A stretch of 64,000 nt of DNA from Planctomycetota bacterium (GTDB taxonomy: Bacteria > Planctomycetota > UBA1135 > UBA2386): the NCBI GenBank assembly GCA_016872675.1, contig VGZG01000003.1:175-64174 (forward strand), given 5' to 3'. Under the pieces are notes generated by a model that searched no databases, had not been told where the DNA came from, and saw nothing but the letters and a program-made list of their open reading frames with translations. The translations under genes and the position numbers were made by a program. Shown in pieces: positions 1 to 8,884 of the stretch. Position 1 is the first letter of the stretch; each line of letters starts with the position of its first letter.

Positions 1-3000
1 GGCAGGCCGTCACCGTCGCGTTCGGTTGCGGGTGCGGCGACGTGCCGGTGAACGGATCGCCACGGAAGGCCAGCGCCCGCCGCGCGGCGTGGATCTGCGG
101 CCACGTGCTCTCGATCTGCGGCGTGTACCCGATGTACCCCGACGTCGCGGTCACCTGCGGCCACGGCGGCGTGGTCGCCGACGGCTGCGAGTTGGGGCCG
201 AGCGGGCCGACGTCGACCTGTGCTGCGCCGATGCGATTGGTGAGCAGGAAGCGCACCTGCTCCCACGCCGATCGATTGGCCCGACAGATGTGGCGGCGCT
301 CGGCGATGACGTCGTAGCGCACCCACTCGGTGTCGACGGCGTTGCCGCCCTGAGGCAGCAACTGGCAGAACTGCGTCAGCTGCAATGTCTGCGGGTCCCA
401 CAACGCCTGCGTGTTGCTGACCGGCAGCGAGATCGGCACGACGAAGACGATCTCGGTCGGCAGGTCGTCGAGGATCTTGCCCGGCTCCTGCGGCAGGCCG
501 TAGTCCTCGTAGTTGACGACGAAGCGGCGCGGCTGGCCGTCGAACTGGTCAGTCGGGATCTGGCCATCCTGGCCGGGCAGCGCCTGCTGCTGCGCGCGCG
601 TCACGCCGGTCAACTGATTGCCCTGGCGGGCGGTGTACTTGACCACCTCGACGCCACCAAACGTCGCCGACGCCGACGTCGTGGCCAGCGACCGGTCCCA
701 GCGCTGCAGACCCTGCACCAGCAGCGCATAGCCGCCGGTCGTCGGGAAGGCGTTCAGGATCTGCTCGTTGGCCGCGCTCGGAGGATACGTTCGGCCCGTC
801 GGCACCGGGTCGGCCAGCAGGATGTTGCCGGTCCAAGTCTCGTCGAGGCCCGTGCCGATCGGGAACGACGGTCCCAGCGGGATGGTGATCGTGATCGGTC
901 GCGGATTGTCGATGTAGCAACGCGCCACCGCGAAGCCGCCGATCGAGCCTTCGAGCGTCGTCTTGCCGACCATCATCGGCGTGTCCTCGCTCAGCGGCAG
1001 CGACCAGCCGGCGAGTTCGACGAGCGAGCCGACCGGGTGCGCCGGGAAGACATCGAGGTTGACGTTCTGGAACTGCGAACTGTTGATGTCGACGGTCGGA
1101 TTGCCCTGCGCGTCGACCGGAATGTCCGGCCGCATCTCGCGGCCGCGCATGCGCGCTGCGCGCCCGCCCATCGAGTCGTTCCACTGGCAGCGGAACGTGC
1201 TGCCGCGCACGCTCGTGTACTCGAACAACTCGGTGCCGATGCGCAGCAGGCCGACTTGCGGGAAGCCGTCCGTGCTCTCGACCTGCAGATCGACGTAGCG
1301 GTCGTTGCTGGCGACGCCCGGCAGCGTCTGGTTGTTGGCCAGCTGCGGGTCGAACACCGGCAGCGCCGCGGTCAGATAGGTCTGGAACCGCGACCTGCCG
1401 CGCGGGAAGCCGTCGACGTGCAGCGCGAGATCGCCGGGACGGCCACCCGCCGCCTGGAACGACACGTGCACGGGCGTGTTCGCCGGCAGGCCGAGTTCGG
1501 CGAGCGGCAGGACCACCTGCGAGGCCGTGCGCGGCACACCGGCCGGCGACGCGCCCGGATTGGGGTCGAGGCCGGCTTCGTCGATCGACTCGAGCAGCAG
1601 GTTGCCGTCGCGCGCCTCCAGCGCGAGCCGGTTGCGCTGGTCGGTGCCATCGCCGTGCTCGAACAGCGTCACCGCGCCGAGCGCCTGCGGCTCGAACCAC
1701 GCGCTGAGCCCCAGCTTGCCGACGAAGCTGTCCTGTGTGCTGAACGGGAAGGCGATCTGGTCGTGGCGACCGGTGCCCTGCTGCGTCATCCGTTGCCGCT
1801 GCGGCTGGTTGCCGGGGCCCGCCGGCCCCTGCGGTTGCGACGGCCCCGTGTTGTTGAGCAGCAGCGCGCCCATCTTGCTGACGTCGTGGCCGCGCACGTC
1901 CGGCGCCGCCCAGAACGTCTCCTGCACGCGCAGGGTCGGCGAGACGCGCCAGTTGCCCGGCATCGCCGTGGCGGGCGCGGCCTGTACGCCCGCCGCGACG
2001 TCGTCGCGGGCTGGAAAGCGCAGTTGGCCGAAGCCGAGGTTGGGGAACGCCGCCGCCAGCAGGTGCGGCGCGGCGCGACTCGCCGGATCGGCCCCGGGCG
2101 CGTTCGTCGGTAGCGCGCCGAGGTTGACCGGGTTGGTCGTCCAGAACGGCGCGCGGCGATCGAGCAGGAACGCCTCCTCGAACTGCTCCTGCGTCGACCA
2201 TCGGCGTTCGACGGCGAAGCCCGGCACGGCGACAGCGACGCCCGAGCGTTCACTGCGCGCCGCCACGCCCGACGCCACGGCGCTGCGCGTGCGGCTGGCG
2301 GCGGCGCGGTAGGCCATCCAGGGCCCCGACTGGAAGCAGATCGGCGCCGTGCCCATCTCCAGCACCGTGTCGCGCCCGGTCTGCAGGTTGCGGTAGATGT
2401 TGATCAACAGCGACGATTCGTCCTGGCTGGTCGCCGCTTCGAGCCGCGGCCGCCAAAGGCGCTCGACGAAGTCCTGCCAACCGGTGAACGGGCCGGTGCC
2501 CGCCGTGTCGGTCGCGGTGCGCAGCAACACGAGGTCGTCGGCGAGCTGGCGCGCCTTGTCGCGCGCAAACACCGGCGGCGTCGTGCGGATCGCGCCCGAG
2601 GGGGACAGCCGCACCTGCGGCGGCTGGCGCAACTGCGCCATCAGCGCCGTCAGCGTCTCGGCGCTCGCCGTGTTGGCATTGACCGGCGGCGGCACCAGCG
2701 GCTCCACCACCGTGTCGACGGCAGGGAAGTCCTGCAGCACGCGGTGCAGCAGGTTGAGCAGGAACGTGCTCGGCAGCGCCACGGCCTGCTGGCCCGTCGC
2801 GCTCGCCGTACCGGCGACCAGGCCGTGCTCGACCACGCCGGTGCGCACGTTGCGCAGCCGCACCGTGCTGCCGGGTCCAAGGTGCAGCGCCGACTTGACG
2901 ATCAGCGTGCGCGACTCGCCGGCAACGAGGTCGCCGAACACGCGCTCGGGCCGGCCCCACTGCGCCGAGGTGACCGCCTGCGTGTCGAGCGCGAAACTGG

Positions 3001-3787
3001 CGCGCAGCAGGTCGAGCTCGGCCGGCGTGAACGCGCCGGCGCCACCGCGCTCGATCTCCAGCAGGTCGCCGACCGCCAGCCACGGCTTGCGCGTGCGACG
3101 GGTCGGGTCGGCCGTGTTCGGCCAGTTGCTCGCCAGCACGCAGCGCCAATCGAGCACCAGCGTCTGGGCCGGGATCGGCTCGCGGCCGTCGCCGAACTCC
3201 GGCGCATCGACGGCGCGCTGCAGTTGGCGCAGCGAGTTGCCGTCCTTGTCGCCGTAGCGGACCAGTTCGCCGCCGACGAAGACCATGCCGCTCGGCGGCA
3301 GGTTGGCGGCGTCGTCCACCGCGAGCACGTCGGCGTCGGGCAGCAGTTCCTCGCGCAGGCGCGTCGTCGAGCCGAGCACGTTGGCGAGCAGGAGCGGCGA
3401 AGCCCCGTCGAGCGCCGGGAAGCGCTGCAGGTCGACGACGCCGCCGCCGAACACGACCTTGCCGTCCTCGGCGAGCGGCGCGAACGCCTTGGGCAGCTCG
3501 ACGCGCGCCGGGAATTCGTCGAGGCCGTCGTAGAGCGGCGTCGGGTCGATCGCCGGATGCGACAGCGCGGCGTCGGCGAGCAGCAACTCGCGCACGCTGG
3601 CGGAACCCTGGGTCACCGCCGCTTCCTCGACGTCGCGCTGCGCCGCGTCCGCGCCGACCGACATCGAGACCGCGAACGGCAGCGCCAGCAGCATCAGCAG
3701 CGTCAAGGCGAACAGCACGGCGAGCAACGCCATGCCAGCGGCGCGATCCACCATGCCCGCGGCGCGACCAATCGACGAGCGCATCAT
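1..3787 (-). CDS. Giant GspK-like minor pseudopilin (T2SS protein-K-like N-terminus plus long C-terminal extension with a LamG-like region); 3' end outside window, at least 1262 codons
   Basis: Absent from the supplied ORF track. The minus frame with codon starts at coordinate mod 3 = 1 has no listed ORF anywhere in 1-3787. My hand translation from ATGATG at 3787 reads through to position 1 without a stop (MMRSSIGRAAGMVDRAAGMALLAVLFALTLLMLLALPF...). It has a hydrophobic pseudopilin-type N-terminal helix without Glu5, as in GspK. It has a helix-hairpin-helix-like 'VNANTASAETLTALMAQL' at about 2640-2683. A LamG-like stretch 'GKLGLSAWFEPQALGAVTLFEHGDG...DLALHVDGFPRG' lies at about 1290-1740. The gene starts 2 nt after the stop of the upstream pseudopilin gene. 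Confidence 0.7.
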   Translation of the reverse strand, partial: MMRSSIGRAAGMVDRAAGMALLAVLFALTLLMLLALPFAVSMSVGADAAQRDVEEAAVTQGSASVRELLLADAALSHPAIDPTPLYDGLDEFPARVELPKAFAPLAEDGKVVFGGGVVDLQRFPALDGASPLLLANVLGSTTRLREELLPDADVLAVDDAANLPPSGMVFVGGELVRYGDKDGNSLRQLQRAVDAPEFGDGREPIPAQTLVLDWRCVLASNWPNTADPTRRTRKPWLAVGDLLEIERGGAGAFTPAELDLLRASFALDTQAVTSAQWGRPERVFGDLVAGESRTLIVKSALHLGPGSTVRLRNVRTGVVEHGLVAGTASATGQQAVALPSTFLLNLLHRVLQDFPAVDTVVEPLVPPPVNANTASAETLTALMAQLRQPPQVRLSPSGAIRTTPPVFARDKARQLADDLVLLRTATDTAGTGPFTGWQDFVERLWRPRLEAATSQDESSLLINIYRNLQTGRDTVLEMGTAPICFQSGPWMAYRAAASRTRSAVASGVAARSERSGVAVAVPGFAVERRWSTQEQFEEAFLLDRRAPFWTTNPVNLGALPTNAPGADPASRAAPHLLAAAFPNLGFGQLRFPARDDVAAGVQAAPATAMPGNWRVSPTLRVQETFWAAPDVRGHDVSKMGALLLNNTGPSQPQGPAGPGNQPQRQRMTQQGTGRHDQIAFPFSTQDSFVGKLGLSAWFEPQALGAVTLFEHGDGTDQRNRLALEARDGNLLLESIDEAGLDPNPGASPAGVPRTASQVVLPLAELGLPANTPVHVSFQAAGGRPGDLALHVDGFPRGRSRFQTYLTAALPVFDPQLANNQTLPGVASNDRYVDLQVESTDGFPQVGLLRIGTELFEYTSVRGSTFRCQWNDSMGGRAARMRGREMRPDIPVDAQGNPTVDINSSQFQNVNLDVFPAHPVGSLVELAGWSLPLSEDTPMMVGKTTLEGSIGGFAVARCYIDNPRPITITIPLGPSFPIGTGLDETWTGNILLADPVPTGRTYPPSAANEQILNAFPTTGGYALLVQGLQRWDRSLATTSASATFGGVEVVKYTARQGNQLTGVTRAQQQALPGQDGQIPTDQFDGQPRRFVVNYEDYGLPQEPGKILDDLPTEIVFVVPISLPVSNTQALWDPQTLQLTQFCQLLPQGGNAVDTEWVRYDVIAERRHICRANRSAWEQVRFLLTNRIGAAQVDVGPLGPNSQPSATTPPWPQVTATSGYIGYTPQIESTWPQIHAARRALAFRGDPFTGTSPHPQPNATVTAC

Positions 3788-3789
3788 GC

Positions 3790-4713
3790 TCACCCCTCCC
3801 GCACGGTGAAGACCGCAGTCGGCGCATCGATCGCCTCGCCGCGCGCATCGAATGAGAAGCGCAGCGGCTTCGCCACCTCGCACTCGATCGGCAGTTGCTG
3901 CGGCGAACCGAACTGGTAGACGAACCAGCGCAACTCGTCGACGACGCCGGCGAAGGCCGCGTCGGCGGGTGCGAACTCGAACGTCGCCTCCGGCTCCTGC
4001 TGCGGCGTGCCCTCGGCGATCGCGTCGCCGACCTCGCGGCCGTCGACCGCGAGCCAGCAGCGGCGCGTGTCGCAACCGAGGTCGATCGTGCACCAGCGGC
4101 CGCGCGGCAGCGGCTGCGCGGCGGCGACGGCGACGAGCCGATTCTCGTTGGTCCCGAGCGACGCCATCCGCAGGCGCGCGCGCAGCTTGCCGTCGGAGTC
4201 GAGGGTCAACTCGATGCCCGGCGGCAGACGCAGCAGCGTCGCCGGACCTTCGGACTCGCGCAGCAGGTCGAAGCGGACGACGAAACCCTCGCGCAGATCG
4301 AGCAGCGCCTGCGGCGCCCTCCACCGGACCGCCGGGTCGCGGCCGCCCGGTGCGATCCGCAGCGCGTGGCCGAAGCGGCCGTCACGCGTCGCCTCGCCGC
4401 CGAGCGTCGGCCGCAGGCTGTCGTCCTCGAATGCCTGGTTGGCCTCGAACCGGAACGACACCACGGGCCGCAGCAACCGCGCCTGCACCGTCGCTGGCGC
4501 TTCTTCGCTGCCCGGGCGGACGAGCACCTCGGTCGGCACGCCTTCCGCGCGCGCCGACAGCTGCGCCGCCCGCAGTTCGCCGCCGAGCGCGGCGTTGGCC
4601 ACCACCCGTGGATCGGTCTTGCCGAGGAAGCCAACGGACAGGCCGGTGAGCACCGACAGGATGGCGATCACCACCAGCAGCTCGAACAGCGTGAATCCGG
4701 TGGCGGCGCGCAT
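3790..4713 (-). CDS. Pseudopilin with prepilin-type N-terminal methylation motif and LamG/concanavalin-like C-terminal domain
   Basis: The N-terminus 'MRAATGFTLFELLVVIAILSVLTGL' matches G-F-T-L-x-E plus a hydrophobic helix. The C-terminal 'GRFGHALRIAPGG...GFVVRFDLL...RWCTIDLGCD..CWLAVDGREVG' resembles Laminin_G_3-type domains. Amino-acid composition is non-shadow. Confidence 0.75.
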   Translation of the reverse strand: MRAATGFTLFELLVVIAILSVLTGLSVGFLGKTDPRVVANAALGGELRAAQLSARAEGVPTEVLVRPGSEEAPATVQARLLRPVVSFRFEANQAFEDDSLRPTLGGEATRDGRFGHALRIAPGGRDPAVRWRAPQALLDLREGFVVRFDLLRESEGPATLLRLPPGIELTLDSDGKLRARLRMASLGTNENRLVAVAAAQPLPRGRWCTIDLGCDTRRCWLAVDGREVGDAIAEGTPQQEPEATFEFAPADAAFAGVVDELRWFVYQFGSPQQLPIECEVAKPLRFSFDARGEAIDAPTAVFTVREG

Positions 4714-4723
4714 CGGGGCAGGC

Positions 4724-5359
4724 TCAGTTCGACGGCCAGACGATGTCGTCGTCGGTGTTGAAGCGCTGGTCCGGGCCAGCGCTCAGCAGTTGGAACTTGC
4801 CAGCGCCGTAGACGACGCCATCGGGGCGGCGGCGGGACTTCACCTGCGCCGTGTCGGTTTCCGCGTCCGGCTTGACCACCTGCGGGCGCTCGAGCCCGAA
4901 TTTGCCGAAGTACGCGATCGGCGTGCTCCAGTGGTCGGTGACCTCGAGCCGGTCGCGGCGCTTGAGCAGCGGCAACTCGACGCCATGGTCGTCGGCGTCG
5001 GTGTTGCTGTAACGATCGGCGAGGCTGGTCAGGTCGAGCCCGTCCTGCTGCGACTGGCTGAGGAAGCAGACCAGCGACTCGATGCCGGTGTTGACGCCGT
5101 TGTCGCCCTTCCACGTCGCCTTGGCAATGCCTTCCGGCGCCTTCAGGTCGTCCGGCGGGTAGATGCCGTGCTTGCGCTGGAAGCGCTGGATGCCGCCTTC
5201 GAGCATCTGCAGGTTGGTCTCGGTGGCGGTAGCGTTGGCGGCCTCGTTGGCGCCGAACACCTGCGGCAGCAGCACGGCGGCGAGCACGCCGAGGATCGAG
5301 ATGACGATCAGGAGTTCGATCAGCGTGAAACCGCGCGCGGCGGCGGATGGACGGGTCAT
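4724..5359 (-). CDS. gspG: Type II secretion major pseudopilin GspG-like
   Basis: 'RGFTLIELLIVISILGVLAAVLLPQ' is a prepilin motif with Glu5. The C-terminus 'DHWSTPIAYFG...FQLLSAGPDQRFNTDDDIVWP' matches the GspG pattern D-x-W-G-x-P-Y...S-x-G-x-D...DDI. I moved the start from 5395 to the ATG at 5359 (MTRPSAAARGFTL), which lies 1 nt after the upstream stop. Confidence 0.75.
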   Translation of the reverse strand: MTRPSAAARGFTLIELLIVISILGVLAAVLLPQVFGANEAANATATETNLQMLEGGIQRFQRKHGIYPPDDLKAPEGIAKATWKGDNGVNTGIESLVCFLSQSQQDGLDLTSLADRYSNTDADDHGVELPLLKRRDRLEVTDHWSTPIAYFGKFGLERPQVVKPDAETDTAQVKSRRRPDGVVYGAGKFQLLSAGPDQRFNTDDDIVWPSN

Positions 5360-5360
5360 G

Positions 5361-8066
5361 TCAGCGCTCCTTGCGGCGTTCGAGCCGCCAATCATCGAAG
5401 GCGATGTCGACGTCGTCGCCCTTGTCGCCGAGCGCGAAGAGCACCGTCTTCAACTCGGAGTTGGTGTTGCCCGTAAGGGCCTTCATGACGCGGCGGTGGA
5501 CCACCGCGCCGTTCCAGCTGACGACGAGCGCGAACTGACGCATCGCCGCATCGCCCTGCGGCACGAGCCGCAGCTCAAGGCTCACTGCGGCCCCCGGCTG
5601 GAAGCCGGGAACCGCTAGGTTGACCTGCTCCACCGCGACCTCGCCGTTCTCGCGGCCGTCCGCGATGCGCAAGAACGGCTTGCCCTCGCGCACGCCGACG
5701 CGCACCAGCACGTCCGTGCCCTGGTTGCCGCGCGGCACCTCGATGCCGATGCCGTAGAAACCGCGCGCCGCCGGCTGGGCGGCGCCGGCCTGCACGGTGG
5801 CCGACACGGCGAGGAAATTGCGGCCCTTCTTGATGGCGCCGACGCGTTCGGCCCAGATCTCGCCCTGGCCCGCGCGGCTGTACTTGCCGCGGAACACGAG
5901 TCGCCCGGCGACGATCTTGCCGCCGAGCGGGCCGTCGTCATCGACGGCCCAGACGCTGCCGACCTCAGGGCGGTCGAACGAGTCGCCAAGCGACTCCTTC
6001 TGCGCGTGGTCATCGATCGCGTCGAGCGTCACCGAAGCCCACTTGGACACTGGATCGTCCTTGCCGAGATCCTGGGTCAGCCGCTGCAGCGCCATGGCGG
6101 CGTCCTCGACCTGGCCGCGGCTGTAGTCGACGACTGCCAGCGCGCCCTTGCCGAACGCCTTGTTGCGCTCGTCGGCGGCGGCGTCACGGCCGGCGGCGAA
6201 GGCCACGGCAGCGGCGCGAGGCTCGGCCGCGGCGAAGGCGATCACGCCCTGCCACTCCAGCAGTTCCTGCGCCGCCACCGGCGCCAATTCGACGGCGCGA
6301 TCGGCATAGCGTTGCGCGGCGACAAGCGCCGCCGCCTGCTCTTCGCCGACGCTTTCGCGGGCGCGCGCGGCCTGCGCCGCAGACATTTCGGCGACGGCGT
6401 GCACGAAGTCGTCGCGCAGGCGCAGCGCGCCGGCGAGCGACTCGACCGCGGCGCCGAGTTGCCCCGACAGCCGCAGCGCGCGGCCACGCAGGTACATCGC
6501 GAATACGTCGGTCGGGTCCGCTTCGAGGGCGCGATCGAGCCAACCCAACGCAGTCTCGTACTGGCCGACGCGCAGGAACGCCCAGGCGAGACCCGTGGCG
6601 GCGCGGTGGCGCAGCAGCGGATCCTGGTCAAACACGCGCAGGAACAGGTCGTGCGCGTCCTGCAACTTGTCGAGCCACGCGAGACACGCCGCCTGCCCGA
6701 ACTGCGCCGACCCTAGGTCGCCGACGTTCGTGACGTTGCGGAACGCGGCCAACGCCGCGTTGGCGTCGCCGGCGGCGTAGGCGATGCAGCCTTCAAGGTA
6801 CTGCGTGCCGCCCTCGGTGCCCTGCGCCAGCGGCAGCGCAGCGCGGGCTCCGGCCACGTCGCCGGTGGCGAGACGGCACTGCACGACGATGCGGCCGACG
6901 CGGGCTTTGGCGACCGGATCCTGGACCGAGCCAATCGCTTGTTCGGCCCGGAGCGCCGCAGCCGCGGCTTCCCTGCTGCGGCCACGTTGCCGCAGGAACT
7001 CAGCGAGCGATGCATGCGGCCGCGCGTCGGTCGGCTGCAATTGCGTCGCCTGCCGCAGATCGGCTTCGGCGTCGCGCCACAGGCCGAGTCGCGCCTTGAC
7101 GGTGCCGAGGCCCTCGAAACGGAATGCGCCCTCGCTGCCGGAGGGCGGCAGCTTGTCGAGCATCGCGAGTTCGGCGGCAAGATCGCCTTGCACGCGCAGC
7201 ACACGCTGCATCAGCCGCAAACCATCGAGGTCGCCCTTCGACAGTTCGCGATACTGCTGGGCGTGGAAGTAGGCCTTCTCGTAGACCCAGCTGTGCTCGC
7301 GCGCGCGCTCGAGCAACCAATCGACGAGCGCACGGCGCTCGGGCAGGTGCGATGGCAAGTCCGGCACCTTGCGCTCACGCCGCGCAATCTCGTTGCGCAG
7401 CGTGTTGGCGAGCACGACGCGATCGATGCGCAACGGCTCGGCGCCGAGCGTGAGGACCTCGGCAAGCCGCTGTCGCGTCAAGTCGTACTTGCGCAGCTTG
7501 AGCGTGACGCCAGTGAAGTCCCTGCGCTCTTCGAGCGCGAACAGGTCGAGGCCGTCGGCTTCGAGGACGCCGAACTGCGGCGCCGCGAGGCCGCCGTAAT
7601 AGACGCGGTCGTAGGTCAGCGCGGCGCGTGCCTCCAACTCGGCGCGCGTCCCTGCCGCTTGGCCTTCGACAACTTCAGCCGCCCCGGACGAAGCCTCGCC
7701 AGCGGTGGCGATGGCGACGTCAACCAGCGCGCCGCCATCAGCGCGCAGCGCATACGACTGCCGCGGATCCGGGCCAGGATCGAGCGGCGGCGCCGCCAGC
7801 GACAATGGCGCGCGCGGCGGGAATTCGAGAGTGCGCGGCGGCAGCGGTTTCGTCTCGCTCGGCTCGGTGCAGAAGTCGCGGCGCGCGACAGCCGGCGCGT
7901 TCGCGCTCGCCAGCGCCGGCATCGCCACGGGCGCTGCCTCGTACTCAGCGGCTTTTGGCGCGAAGCGGCGGAAGACCGGCGGACCGCCGAGATGGCCCCG
8001 GGCGACCAGCGCCGTGACGACGAGAGTCAGACCCGCGAGAACCTGTTCCTTGCGCAACGCCATCAC
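5361..8066 (-). CDS. Membrane-anchored TPR-repeat protein with C-terminal LamG/concanavalin-like domain
   Basis: There is an N-terminal TM segment 'VLAGLTLVVTALVA'. The central region has many TPR-like Ala/Leu repeats. The C-terminus 'GKIVAGRLVFRGKYSRAGQGEIWAER...FLRIADGRENGE...LVVSWNGAVVHRRV...DIAFDDWRLE' looks like a LamG/jelly-roll domain. The start is GTG 8066 or ATG 8063, with GGAGG 7 nt upstream of 8063. It overlaps the stop of the PilO-like gene. Confidence 0.7.
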   Translation of the reverse strand: MMALRKEQVLAGLTLVVTALVARGHLGGPPVFRRFAPKAAEYEAAPVAMPALASANAPAVARRDFCTEPSETKPLPPRTLEFPPRAPLSLAAPPLDPGPDPRQSYALRADGGALVDVAIATAGEASSGAAEVVEGQAAGTRAELEARAALTYDRVYYGGLAAPQFGVLEADGLDLFALEERRDFTGVTLKLRKYDLTRQRLAEVLTLGAEPLRIDRVVLANTLRNEIARRERKVPDLPSHLPERRALVDWLLERAREHSWVYEKAYFHAQQYRELSKGDLDGLRLMQRVLRVQGDLAAELAMLDKLPPSGSEGAFRFEGLGTVKARLGLWRDAEADLRQATQLQPTDARPHASLAEFLRQRGRSREAAAAALRAEQAIGSVQDPVAKARVGRIVVQCRLATGDVAGARAALPLAQGTEGGTQYLEGCIAYAAGDANAALAAFRNVTNVGDLGSAQFGQAACLAWLDKLQDAHDLFLRVFDQDPLLRHRAATGLAWAFLRVGQYETALGWLDRALEADPTDVFAMYLRGRALRLSGQLGAAVESLAGALRLRDDFVHAVAEMSAAQAARARESVGEEQAAALVAAQRYADRAVELAPVAAQELLEWQGVIAFAAAEPRAAAVAFAAGRDAAADERNKAFGKGALAVVDYSRGQVEDAAMALQRLTQDLGKDDPVSKWASVTLDAIDDHAQKESLGDSFDRPEVGSVWAVDDDGPLGGKIVAGRLVFRGKYSRAGQGEIWAERVGAIKKGRNFLAVSATVQAGAAQPAARGFYGIGIEVPRGNQGTDVLVRVGVREGKPFLRIADGRENGEVAVEQVNLAVPGFQPGAAVSLELRLVPQGDAAMRQFALVVSWNGAVVHRRVMKALTGNTNSELKTVLFALGDKGDDVDIAFDDWRLERRKER

Positions 8067-8884
8067 ATCCCCTCCGTCGCGTCAGTCCTCGGTTTGAACG
8101 CGAGCCCGATTGCCGTGCCCTTGATCGCGCATGCCTCGCCTGGCCGCGCTGGCTTCAGCATCTGCCACGATTCCAGGACGATCTGACTATCCGGCTTCGC
8201 GCCACCAAGCGCCTCGAGGAAGGTCAGCGCGGTGCGTTCGTCGGACTGGAATTGGAACGACAACTGCTCCTGCGTGAAGAAGTCGCGCACATCGATTTCA
8301 CCCGGTCGCTGCGCGCGCATCGGTGCGCGCTGGCTGCGGCGCGCGTCGAGCTTGAGTGACACAATCGACCGCAGACCCACGGCCGTCTCGTCGGTCGCGC
8401 GCGTGGCGTCGTGCGCGCCGTAGAGCCGCGCCTGGACCGCGTCGATCAGGTCCAGTCCGAAGAGCGTCGCGCGGATCTCGTCAACGCCGGTCGGGACCTC
8501 CCAGGCGATGGCGCCGTCGGCGACCTGGACGTCGCGCTGGTTTGCGCTGGCGAGGATGCGCTGCTTGAGGTCACGACTCTGCTGGAAGAGGAAGTCGCCT
8601 GGACGAACGCCATCCGGCAATTGAAAGGTCGCGCTGGGCGCGTACTGCAGCGCCTTGACGAGCGCGGCGCGCGCCTTGGCGAGTTCCTCACCCTCGGCGC
8701 GGGCGGCGTCGAGCGCGGCCTGCGTGTAGACCGGGCCAGTCGGCGCGCCGAGGCTGCGCTCGGTCGGCACCTGCACGGCGTGCACCGAGTCGAAGATCGC
8801 GCTGACAAGGAACCAGCTGACAGCGCCGCAGCCGACGCCGAGCAGCCACTTCTTGTTCTCCTGAACGAACGCGCCAACGTCCAT
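8063..8884 (-). CDS. PilO/GspM-like bitopic assembly protein
   Basis: The track ORF 8063-9607 has an Arg-rich N-terminal half that overlaps pilM in another frame. The real start is the ATG at 8884 (MDVGAFVQENKKWLLGVGCGAVSWFLVSAIF), which overlaps the PilMN stop as TGATG. The product has a single N-terminal TM segment and a periplasmic domain. Its position directly after PilM-PilN is the basis for the PilO/GspM-like label. Confidence 0.5.
   Translation of the reverse strand: MDVGAFVQENKKWLLGVGCGAVSWFLVSAIFDSVHAVQVPTERSLGAPTGPVYTQAALDAARAEGEELAKARAALVKALQYAPSATFQLPDGVRPGDFLFQQSRDLKQRILASANQRDVQVADGAIAWEVPTGVDEIRATLFGLDLIDAVQARLYGAHDATRATDETAVGLRSIVSLKLDARRSQRAPMRAQRPGEIDVRDFFTQEQLSFQFQSDERTALTFLEALGGAKPDSQIVLESWQMLKPARPGEACAIKGTAIGLAFKPRTDATEGM

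Noticed and set aside
26-3848. Three long track ORFs in this span: 26-2113 (+, 695 aa), 549-2201 (-, 550 aa) and 2250-3848 (-, 532 aa)
   Set aside because: Their translations are extremely Arg/Ala/Gly/Pro-rich with no recognisable motifs, which is typical of off-frame shadows in a ~70% G+C genome. The third minus frame is open across the whole span and encodes a balanced GspK-like protein.
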